A program made the translations under genes and the position numbers. A stretch of DNA of 63,417 nt, the filler included, from Saprolegnia diclina VS20 (lineage: Eukaryota): NCBI RefSeq assembly GCF_000281045.1. It is 4 parts of 2 records of this genome, joined end to end, with 100 filler letters (N's around TTAATTAATTAA, not from the genome) between each part and the next. Parts side by side here need not be neighbours in the genome. Positions count along the whole stretch, not along the records: positions 1 to 27,122 come from NW_008246164.1; 3 more parts are not named here. One strand, written 5' to 3'. Numbering within the stretch: the first letter of the stretch is position 1; every line of letters starts with the position of its first letter. Under the pieces are notes generated by a model that was not told where the DNA came from, made no database searches, and saw only the letters and a list, made by a program, of their open reading frames with translations. This document shows, piece after piece, positions 13,000-23,992 of the stretch.

Positions 13000-13710
13000 C
13001 GCATACAAGTATTTAACATCATAACCTAAACTGCCTACCCCTATTCTGGCTCGAATCTTCAAGAATCATCGACGCAACACACGTGGTCTCCTTATCGATT
13101 TTCGTAAGTGCAATTGCACCAACACAGAGGAAACGCAGGTATACGTCAAATTGGTGCTCAACCTGCTCGCGCGTAAGGCCGTCACTGTACCTGGTACTGT
13201 CACTCAGCAAACACTATACGATCTATTGGTCAACGGCGCGGTGCACGCAAATGTCATTTAGGATTGAGCATGGGCTATAGGTCTTGCGTTAATTGATTCG
13301 ATATATTAAAATTGACTTTTGCATCCTACCAAGCCTGCAGCCATAATGTCGTGAAGTACCGATGCCGCTACTCAGAAAGGACAGAGTGAGGGGTGCGGGA
13401 GCTCGTGGGATCTGCTGACGCAGAGAAAAGAAGCACGCGAGTGGTCGAGTGACAAGCGAGGACCATTTGCGGGCTTATTCGGGCGACGGCGGGTCGCAGG
13501 GTGTGAAGAAAAGCGTCAGCGGCGGAAATACGAGTTCACTCGGCGGTGCATGCAAATACCACATGCCGAGACGTAAGTGATAACGCAGTGAGGGCCAAGG
13601 TGGATAGCGGATCGCCAAGAAGATCCCTTCTTGACAGAAAGCTTCACAAGTGATTGCTTGAAGAGGCCGATGTCAAATAGATGTACGGAGCCGATCAAGC
13701 AGCTGCGCCC

Positions 13711-13851
13711 CCGACAACCTATGCAACTACATACATGTATGACCTTTGTCGACTTTGTCTCGTCATGGCCACACCCGCCGGATGCCATCTTTAGCGGCAA
13801 GGACGAGACAAAGTTGACAAAGGTCATACCGGTAGTTGCATAGGTGGTCGG
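13711..13851. repeat. Imperfect inverted repeat (hairpin) with ~50-bp arms
   Basis: 13737-13764 pairs with 13802-13829 (27/28). 13711-13730 pairs with 13832-13851 (19/20). Loop is 37 nt. Confidence 0.85.
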
Positions 13852-16255
13852 CACGCCATTCGCTGGATACCGGATCCATGCACGGGCACAAGAGCAGAGC
13901 CGGCAGCGCCTAGAGTAAGCGCCAAATGTTCGCCACGGAGGTAGTCCAGGTCGAGCGGCTGCCACATGTCCGCAAACCGGCCGGGTCACGTCAGTAGCTG
14001 CCGTGAGTGGCAGAAAGGCGAGAGCTGCGCGAGGCCATCGATGTACTGGATGATCAATCAAGGGAGAGCGTGTGAGAGGTCAAGCACAGTCGCAGCCGCG
14101 GGGCAGGCGTGCTTGTTGCCATGCTCTTGACTGCCATGCTTGGATACCGAATGCGACGAATTTACGGACCAGCCCATGAGCCCGTTGGATTCGATCTCGT
14201 TATCCGGATGACTGTGAGCTGGCAGACGGTGGTGCATGCATCATCCGGTCGCCTCCAACGGTCCATCGATATCTCGGTATAGCTTACAACAGTCCTTCAC
14301 CAGTGTACCGGTACCGGTACATTAGTTGGTTGGATTTGGGTGACAACATTTAGGGGGGACATCTCGACTAAAATCATGGTAGATGCTACCATGTACGCCC
14401 CACACAAAAGTAACGCCCGGCAGTGACCCGTGCAGCTCCAGCCGACGTGAAGCTGCTTATGCTTTTATCGACCTAGCTCGTAGATAAATGTTTTCGCCTG
14501 AGACGGGCGACAAGCGGCTGCTCAATCGCGATGCAGAGCTCAAGCTGCAGCCGTGTGTTGGGGCAAAGGTATCCTCGCTGGACCCCCTGCTACACGATGA
14601 CGACTGGGTCCGATGCCACATGATTCCTACCTTTACACGCCTCACCCTCTTTGAACAGTGGGTAGCTCGCAACCGCGGCTTCTTCGCACTCTGCCTCGTC
14701 AAGTTGGTAAAAAGGCCACTATGTAAACTAGACTACAAACTTCAACATCACACAGCTGTTGTTGTGCCGTGTATCTGGAAAGATTTTGTTTTCACTGAGA
14801 GTCTGAACACTTTCTTATTTGGTGAGCGCTTCGGGCGTGATACGACTGGACGGCAGCAAGGAGGCGTGACCGTCGCGAAGGCGAGGCATGCAGGCCGGAG
14901 CCAGGGCCGGAAGGGGCACCGTCCGACTTGGTAGGCGTCGACAGCGCTGAGTGCTGCGGTTGAGCCGATTGCGCAAGCTTGCGGCTGCTGCGTTTTCATT
15001 TTGGTTCAAGTATAATCTATCTATCGTCCCAACGCGTTTGTGCTAACGATGTCGCTGGAGTACGTTGCGCCTGCACCTGGGAGAAGCACCCTACTAGGAG
15101 CGCATGGCGTGTGTCGACTCACCGCGTGCGTTTGTATATGCACGATCTTAGACCTGCAGGTGGTATTACACTCGTTGGTGCGCATGTAAGTCGAGTTGGA
15201 TCGTATAATGTTGAAGTGAGTCTACCGGTATTTAGATATAATTTGCACTGAACTGCTGAACTGTTTTGGATCGAAAATGTGTCTACGGAACTGTTGTTAT
15301 TACTCGCATTGTGGACGGTCGTAACTGTCGCCGATGGTAGTTTGTCCTCACTTTGTGCCAATCCCCGGCCATGCGTTGCGCAGGGCGCGCGTAGTAACTC
15401 ATCTCTAGGAGTTCCGTGAGGAGGATCACTTCAATCGATTGATGAAGGGCACAGTGCCTTGCCGGGGCTCTTTGTAAAAAGAAGGAATGCCCACGAAAGC
15501 CCATTCACCCACAATTTCCACAGAGCACTAACATGGTTGACTCAGAGATGGCTGAGTAAAATACTAACGCTTCTCTAGGTATCCCAGTACAGGAGTATAT
15601 ATATACCCATGGTCTACTAGCTTTTCTCGTAGTACTCTCTTGGGAAACCCGACCAATAAAGCGTAGAAAATAGGGACAAGACGCGCGACGGTGGGCCATC
15701 AGTCATAGCAAAGCACAGAATCCTGAAAACCCTTCCAGCGACTTCCATTTCACATCAACGATCGACCCAACATGTAGCGTAAATCGAGAGAATCAGCAGC
15801 GTCCACGATGATTCCACCACGGTCTGTGTTATGCGGAATACATTTGTGATTTCTTGTGCGCTCCATTGAACTGTACTACAAATGTACAGTGCACACTTGT
15901 CGACTTTTTGCCAGAGTGTTTTTTCTTTGGAGGGTGTTCGTGGCCCGTGATCCAAATGTGACGGGCCCTATCAGCACAGATCAATGCCAGCCATTCCAGC
16001 GTGTGGGAGAGGGCAACCGGACGACCTTTCACCGCCTGCTACCCAGCACTAAACACCCAGCCCTGATTACTATGACGGCAGACGATGATACACAGATTGC
16101 GCTTGTTTCAAAGCTGTTTCTAGGCCGCAAAATGCAGCTTGAAGCGCATTTGTGGGACGTGGGACACATGCTAAGGCCGAACCGTACTTCGAAGCGTGTC
16201 GCGATCGCACCACAACCAACTCTGTGGCAAGTCACCATTTCTCATTTGCCTCGCC

Positions 16256-17053
16256 ATGGCCTACTACTCGGAAGTGTTTGCCCACATCGACCCGATCCCG
16301 TTTGCGAGCGTCGCCTCGTCGTTCGCGCTCGACGACGTCGATGTCTTTCACCTCTTCTCCGACGAGCAGCCCTTTGTCAAGCTCGAGGAGTTCGCGGCAC
16401 CTTTTTTCTTTGATGACTCGCTCCTCGGCCCGCTCGCGTACACCCCGCCGCTGCCGCCCACCAACTGGACACTTAGCTTCAACGCCCCCGCACCGTCGAA
16501 GGCGCCGTCCATGGCCTACCGCAAGCCGTGCTCAGTTGACGGCTGCCACCGCGTCGTGCGGTCGCGTGGCTTTTGCAAGCGCCATGGCGGCGGTCGGCAG
16601 TGCGTTATCGAAACGTGCTCGAAAGAAGCCCAGAACGGCGACTACTGCGTCGGCCACGGCGGCGGCAAGTCGTGCAAGGTCGATGCTTGCACAAACGCCG
16701 CGCAGTCCCAAGGTCTCTGCAAGGCGCACGGCGGCGGCGCGCGCTGCAAGTACAACGGCTGCGACAAATGTAGCCAAGGCGGTGGCTACTGCCGCTCGCA
16801 CGGCGGCGGCAAGCGCTGCCTCGAGCCTGGCTGCACGAAAGGCGCCCAGCGCGGCAACAAGTGCGCCAAGCACGGCGGCTGCCGGACATGCACCGTCGAC
16901 GACTGCGTGCGCACGGACCGCGGCGGCGGCCTCTGCGAGATCCACCGCAAGGACAAGATGTGCACTGTGACCGGTTGCAAGCGCCTCGGCAAGACCATGG
17001 GCATGTGCACGCCGCACGTGCGCGAGCTCCGGAGCTCGGGCTCGCCAGAATAG
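16256..17053 (+). CDS. WRKY19-like zinc-finger protein, array copy 6
   Basis: MAYYSEVFAHIDPIPF... plus seven fingers. CCATTTCTCATTTGC at 16235-16249. Confidence 0.9.
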   Translation: MAYYSEVFAHIDPIPFASVASSFALDDVDVFHLFSDEQPFVKLEEFAAPFFFDDSLLGPLAYTPPLPPTNWTLSFNAPAPSKAPSMAYRKPCSVDGCHRVVRSRGFCKRHGGGRQCVIETCSKEAQNGDYCVGHGGGKSCKVDACTNAAQSQGLCKAHGGGARCKYNGCDKCSQGGGYCRSHGGGKRCLEPGCTKGAQRGNKCAKHGGCRTCTVDDCVRTDRGGGLCEIHRKDKMCTVTGCKRLGKTMGMCTPHVRELRSSGSPE

Positions 17054-18983
17054 ATTTCTCAGAGCTATTTATTGTACCATTCACACAGTGTAATCTATCT
17101 TCCTCCGCTTTTCCTTCGCACTCGCGACTCTTTTGGAAACAGTCGCTGTGCAACACTACCTGGAGCGTGAATGTGTCCATCCATTGTCCTCATCTTTCGA
17201 CGCGCCTGGTCAGCAAGCACCGAAATTTGCCGCGTTCAGCGCAACACGGTCGTTCGGCGCGCATTACGTTACAAAGGAAGCGTTCAGAAGTCGTGGTTGA
17301 GGTCAGTGAAACGTCGTGCTCGCTCCGCGCGCCACGTCATTTGCCACGTCATGCACCCAGTGCATGGTCTAGCTCCTACCCTATCAACACCAATATTCAG
17401 TCACCAATTTGTTTTCTTGTATGTACAGTGACCATGAGGGAGCGTGGTGTCCCAGATGACAAGGATCTCGACAACACAAATCGTCAGTGGTGGCGAGACC
17501 AAAGCCTCCCGGCTCTTTCGCTCCAGTCGACACGTAAGAGAAGTACTGCAACGGCACCGTCTCTTTTACTCAGCTGCTTGTCGTTTCGACTATGTCGAGG
17601 TCCGCGCCTCGCGCGCCACTTCTTGGAGCAACAGTGCGCTACGTTGGCAGAGTTGTTGGCAGCCGAATTTTAGCGCTTGAAAATTTCACAAATCGCGGCG
17701 ACTCCACGTGGTTATCAGCATCGAGTCATGTCATTTTGTCAGATTGACCACATGTCTTCGTAAGCTTCGAATGTTGAGAGAAAACTACTTCAAGGAAGTT
17801 GCTCCCCCCTTTGGTGCTTACGTGTGTTCGATGCTTCTTGTCCCAAGCGCCACGAATCCGCGTAAAGGTAAAAGTTGATATCTCAATGCTGTTGCTGCGA
17901 CGCTTGCGATGCAAGTTCGAGTGCTTCTCCCTTGTAGTATGAAGTGACCTATGCCCCCGACGATTCGGTCGTTGAATCGCTGCTACGCCTCGCCGTTGGA
18001 AAACACGGCGCTGCAAATAAAGGATTTTTTGTTTGTTTATTCTCTTGCTGCAAATGCTACTACTAGTACCAATTACCTAGCGTGCGGTACTGGCACCCCT
18101 GGATGGTCCAACCAGCGATTTATCGAATGCGACAACCGTCATGTTCACATTGGTGCCGCAAAAACCGATGGACCTGCCGATCGAAATGACGTTTATTCGC
18201 ACTTGGTTCTGCATTTGTACGCCTATGTGTCACCAAAAGTTCCGAAAGGCAGCTGCTGCTGTTATAGCGATGAGTCCGATTCAGAAAATACGATTCCAGA
18301 GAGCGAGACGTCGCATGCGCAAGCCAAGGGCGATATTTCACGACGCGCAACGGCGATTCAACCGGCGCCACGACGCCTGGCTTCGTGACCACCTCGTCCC
18401 GGCTTGCACCATCCATACGCCTCGCCTTCAACACGGCTGAGCCTCGCGTTGCTGCCGTCTAGCACAACACGCTCCGAGTCGAAAGCCCACCCCCAAAACT
18501 GGTTTGGGGGGGGTGGACCAACTAATTCAGTGGTAAATGTAACTAAATCGACTCACTTCAATAACAGCGATTTGAACAGACATGTCGTGGACGCATCACG
18601 TTCGATCCTTCTTTTGACTGGAATCGACATGGACTTGTCCGTGCACGCAGTGACACTTTCCTGGACTAATAGAGCGGTCGAGCAAGATTCGTTTCGAACT
18701 CGAGACGACCGCACCAATCACAACATGTCTCTATGAATATGCTACACGCCATAAGCCATAATAGGTGCAAGCGCTGCATCGTCCGCTCTGCCACAGGCCC
18801 TGACACAAGATCCCATCATGCGATTCCTCCAGTTTGGATCGCGCGTTTTGATGGGCGAGAAACCTCTCATTATGCATACCACCGCAATATATTATATATG
18901 AAAGGTGGCGGCCATCAGCTGGCGTAATCTTTACCGTCAGTGGCAGTCGGGGCGACCTCGTCGAGCAGCCAAGTAGGAGCGTC

Positions 18984-20452
18984 ATGGGCACCGAGGATGC
19001 ACGCAGCAGCACGCCAGCCGCGCCTGGCCCGCGGAGCAACCAGGCCGAGACCGCACCGCGGCGTGCGCCGGCGACGCCCAAGTCCTGGACCATTCACGAC
19101 TTTGACATTGGCCGCGAGCTCGGGCGGGGCCGCTTTGGTGCGCTGACGGCGCTGCCTCGCGCATAGCTCACGTAGCATGTAGGCCAAGTGTTTTTGGCCC
19201 GCGAAAAGTCGTCGCGCAAGATCTTGGCCATCAAGATCCTCACCAAGGAGCAGCTCCACGTACGATCGGCGTATGGCTGCATGGTGCTCATGCATGCGAT
19301 ACGTAGCTGGGCGGCGTCGTGCAGCAGCTCAAGCGCGAGGTTGAGATCCACTCGCGCATTCGCCACCCACACATTCTGCCGCTGTACGCCACGTTCCAAG
19401 ACGACACGAAAGGTTGTCTCTGTGCCCAATTCGTTGAGGGTCACGGTGGGACGACTCTAGTGTACCTCGTCCTCAAGTACGCACCCCACGGCGACCTCTT
19501 CACGCGCCTCAAGAACGCCCAATGCGGCCGGTATACATAGGTTTTCTTCTTTGCGCTGTCGTCATCCTGTGCATGTAGGCTGGACGAGCGCACGGCCGCC
19601 CGCGTGATGACGCAGCTCATTAGGTAGACTCGAGTCTTGCAGCTAGGGTGTGCAATGATCGCAATATGACATAGCGCCATCCACACGTGCCACCAGCACA
19701 ACGTGGTGCATCGCGATATCAAGCCCGAAAACATCCTCCTCGGCGCCGAGGTGCCAGGAGCTCTTCGATGCTATGAGAACTTATTTCAATATGAATAGGA
19801 GGAAGTGCTCTTGGCCGACTTTGGCTGGTCGGCGGCCAACGTGACCGCATCGTACCTCTCTGTTTGCGCATCCAACGCTCATATTTGCGATATGAATCGG
19901 CGCGAAACGCTGTGCGGCACGCTCGATTACCTCTCGCCCGAGATGCTCAACGTACATTTTCCCGTGAAAATGTCCGCTGAGCTTGGTTGTAGGGACAAAA
20001 ATACGATGCGTCCGTGGACATTTGGGCCATTGGCGTGCTCCTCTTTGAGCTCCTTGTCGGCAAGCCTGCGTTCGAGTCCCACGTACTGCCTATGCTTGCA
20101 GCTCCTTCAAGACGCAATATTGACTCCAGCCGATTCATTTAGGACCAAAGCCAGACGTCGGAGCTCATTTTAAACGCGCGCTACCGCATCCCGCTCTTTG
20201 TGTCGCGGGAGGCCAAGGACCTTATCCGCCGGGTACGAGTCGTGGTTGTATAGCTCCAACGTTCACAAACCGGTTGGTTAGTTTTTGAAAAAGGACCCGG
20301 CCGACCGCATCACGCTGGCCGAAGCCATGGAGCACCCGTGGCTCCAGCGCTATAGCCAAGAGCGGGCGCGTACGCCGTCCGCGGCGTCGCCCAAACCGAG
20401 TTCGCGGCAGCCGCGGTCGTCGTCGTCGTCGGTCGCGTCGTCTCGGGCGTAA
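18984..20452 (+). CDS. Aurora-family Ser/Thr kinase (about 10 short introns)
   Basis: Spliced motifs [53 protein letters not shown]...[26 protein letters not shown]. Stop TAA at 20450-20452. Confidence 0.92.
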
Positions 20453-21621
20453 ATTCTGGATCCAGAGCGCTACAGAACTGTGTATACATCTAGTATATTT
20501 TGCAAGGATACTTTGCATATCATTCGCTTTCTTGTGTGACCACTGCTTCGTCGACCGTCGCAGTCAGAATGAGCATGCTCGACCACTCGCGTTAACCCTT
20601 CAACGCCCATTTTTTAAAGTCAATCATGGTAGCGACTTGAATTGCTTACAGCAGCTCAACGTTAACCGCGAAAACACAGCTCTAGAGTGCAGCTAATACG
20701 CTTCCTGGACGTTCATGTGACCACCAGTACTGCCTCCATAACGCTATTATGGATCACAGAGGGCTCCCGAACTATCCTCACGAGATGTCTTCGCCCGGGC
20801 GAAAGCTACCCTGCCGCAGCTCCCAACGTAGACGTTGGGGTATGGGGTATCTCAATTCCGACAACGGCGCGACAGGCTATTTGCCGGTGTACAAGTATTA
20901 ACAAGTATTAACTTTAGGTCTGGGAAGGTCAATACCTCTGCTAATACTGTACCACTGCGTGTTGTTGAAAGGGTGTGCGCATGCTTTTTTCGTGGACAGC
21001 ACTGGGATTCGAGCATCGACAGGTTGCACAATGTACTAGCGCTAGAACTCACTAACAAGAAATGGACCTCTTCACCGTCACAGCAAGTGCAATAGTAGGG
21101 AAATGCAAGTGCACTCCAGAAGACAATTTCACATTTTCAGAATCCCAACACATCTGCTTACGGCAAGCACCATGCCGAAGGTCGCCTCGGGCGATGACGC
21201 AGTGTCCGTGCACGGACCTCACACGCTGGCGCCGAGTTGCGTCAACATCCCAGCGCTTGCCTGGCCGCGTTGCCCCAGGCTGCCAACCAATTCAAGATCG
21301 GCCGTGGCATGCATGTAGGGTTCGGGTGTGACGTCATACCTCTGACAACGCATAAATCGATGTTGCCGTTGGGACCTCAGCAAACGCTCAATGCCTTCCG
21401 CGAGGCGACCACTCCATTCCAGGTCGTCAACGTGCTTTTTCTCTATCTGCCAACCAGCAATTTCCTATGCAAGCCTCTTGGACGCGACTCATTCATCCGC
21501 AAACACCCCTCACAACCCGTTGCGGAAAACCTCTCACATTCGATTTTGGTATCCGGATGTTATTTACCGGATACCAACGGCGATCTGCGAGCAGGGTCGG
21601 CAGTTTGGAAACTTCATCAGC

Positions 21622-22662
21622 ATGCTCTCGCCTGCCCAGATCACGTACGTCCAGTACGCCGTCCAAGCGATCGGCCTTGCCGTCGTCGCCAAGGTCGCGC
21701 TCACGCTCCTCACCGGCTTCTACGCGAGCTTCCTCCGCGGTGGCAAGAAGCTCACCAAGTACGGCAAGTGGGCCATTGTGACGGGTGCCACGGACGGCAT
21801 TGGCAAGGCCACGGCCATTGAGCTCGCGCGCAAGGGCCTCAACATCGCGCTCATCAGCCGCACGCAGTCCAAGCTCGACGAGGTCGCCGCCGAGATCCTC
21901 GCCAAGAACAGCGCCGTGCAGGTCAAGACGCTCGCGCTCGACTGCAACAACCTTGACGAGGCCGCGTGCGCCAAGGTCCGCACGCTTCTCGCCGAGATTG
22001 GCGACGTCGGCGTCCTCATCAACAACGTGGGCATGTCGTACGACTTTCCCCAGTACTACCACGAGCTCTCGGACGAGGCTGCGCGCAACCTCATCACGAT
22101 GAACATTACGTCGACGTTTGTCATGACCAAGCTCGTGCTGCCTGGTATGGTCGAGCGCAAGCGCGGTGCGATCGTCAACTGCAGCTCGGGCTCGGCGCGC
22201 ATCCCGTGCCCGCTCCTTGCCGAGTACTCGGCCGCCAAGAAGTGCATTGAGCAGTACACGCTCGGCCTCGCCGGCGAGTACGCAGCCAAGAACATCCACA
22301 TTCAGTGCCAGACGCCCATGTTTGTCACGTCCAAGCTCTCGAAGATCCGCCACGCGTCCTTTATGGTCCCGTCGCCCTCGACGTACGCCAAGGTACTCCA
22401 TGGCTTGCCCATGCGGAGGACTCATGCGACTTTTGCCGTAGGCCGCCGTTGCCAACATTGGTTACGAGACGGTCACGTCGCCCTACTGGCCGCACGCGCT
22501 CCAGCTGTACATCTTCAGCCTCTTTCCCGACTTTATCGTCTCCAAGGTACACGGTATCCCTGCCTTCTACCTCGCTCACCACGCTGGACGTAGCTTGCGC
22601 TCTCGAGCCACTTGGGCCTCCGCGCGCGTGCGCTCAAGAAGCAGCAGCAGAAGAAGGACTAA
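21622..22662 (+). CDS. Very-long-chain 3-oxoacyl-CoA reductase (KCR / 17-beta-HSD12-like SDR), 2 introns
   Basis: N-terminal TM segment, YGKWAIVTGATDGIG, NNVG, catalytic YSAAK, and a C-terminal KKD resembling a dilysine ER-retention end. Confidence 0.9.
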
Positions 22663-23072
22663 ATGTGCACTGTCAATACGATGCTGTTCGTTCAAATGGT
22701 GCTTGGACACGGGCGTGTTGGTTGCGAGCAGGCTCGTGCGGACAGTGCAGTGCTATAGCAACCACAGAAAGCACTGGCGTTGGAGCCTCTTGCGTCGACA
22801 TTGCTGCAGGGGACAGGAGTTACTCGATGTTGCCCGGTACTAGGGCTACCGGGGCAGCGATGGTACTGCCTAGAGGTCAGCGTGGAGTCGCAGCGCTGGT
22901 CGACGTGCCATGGCTCCACGCATCGAGGTCCCTTGTGCTCGACTGCTGGGCTGACCAGTTCTTCCCAGTCTTCAAGTTCCGGTCGCGCAGGCGCCAAATT
23001 TTGAAGTACATGTATCCGGACACCTCTGGTTATCCGGATACCAGCTCATATTCAAAAATCGCAGCAAGCCAA

Positions 23073-23992
23073 ATGGCCGAGGCCCCGACGCCCAAGCTCA
23101 TGGCGCTGAGCGACCTCAAGGCCGCGCACCGCCGCAGCCTCACGGCGATCGCCAGCATCGCGGAAGAGGAGATCGGCGCCATGGCCAAGACCGCGGCTGG
23201 CACGACCGCGCCCGTCAAGAACCAAAGCGCCAAGGCGAGCCTGCTCCAAGCCAACGTCAACGAGATGTGCGCGGCGACGTACACGCACCTCTTCCGCCAC
23301 TACTTTCCGACTTCTGGTAGACTTGCTCGAAAGGTCGTGCTGACGCTATTGCGATGCTAGACGCTGGGAAGGAGGCCAAGGCCGCGATCGACCCAAAGCT
23401 GCTGGCCCGCATGCGGGAGCTCGAGGAGCAGATCAAGACGACCGAAGAGTCGATTCAGGGCTACCGGACGCAACTACCCCTCAAAATCCGCGATATCGTC
23501 CAAGCCGACTTTAACGCCAAGGCCAAGCTCACAGGCGTCAAGCGAAAACTGCCAGACGTGGCGGCAACGCTCGTGGCACCGACCTTACCGGACCTCTCGG
23601 ACGTCCAAGCCTCGTTCACGCAGGTGCTTGTCTTCTCCGTGGCATACGCATTCCATATCGTTGCCTTGCATATATAGACAGCCGCCAAGATCCACGAGCT
23701 CAAAAACAACCTGCCCGTGACGATCCAAGAGGCCAGCGATACGATCCGCGTCGTACGTGTCGACGACCCTGCGTCATCACTATGACGACCCTGCGTCATC
23801 AATATCCTGTTGGCCTAGATTGAGCATGCCATCAAGCGACCGAAAGCCCATATCGACGTGCTCATGGAAGGCGGTGCGCCATCGACGGTAACACAGATGC
23901 TGTACACAGGCAAGTCGTATTGAGCAACACTCGTATAGGCTCCGACGCCGTCTTTGCGGGCGACGGTCGCGGCCATGCTGCAGCAGTCCTAA
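23073..23992 (+). CDS. Coiled-coil protein, candidate kinetochore Mis12-complex subunit Nsl1/Mis14 (5 exons)
   Basis: GT-AG introns join the exons in frame. IDPKLLARMRELEEQI...YRTQLP and VQASFTQTAAKIHELKNNLP resemble the Mis14 pattern. INR-like GCTCATATTC near 23044. Confidence 0.55.

Noticed and set aside
1330..17180. Long Ala-rich antisense and alternate-frame ORFs over the zinc-finger genes
   Set aside because: Shadows of GC3-biased repetitive coding sequence; they recur over every copy and carry no independent motifs.
23762..23801. 18-bp direct repeat in an intron; also a 17-bp tandem duplication at 62372-62405
   Set aside because: Two-copy slippage duplications with no evident function.
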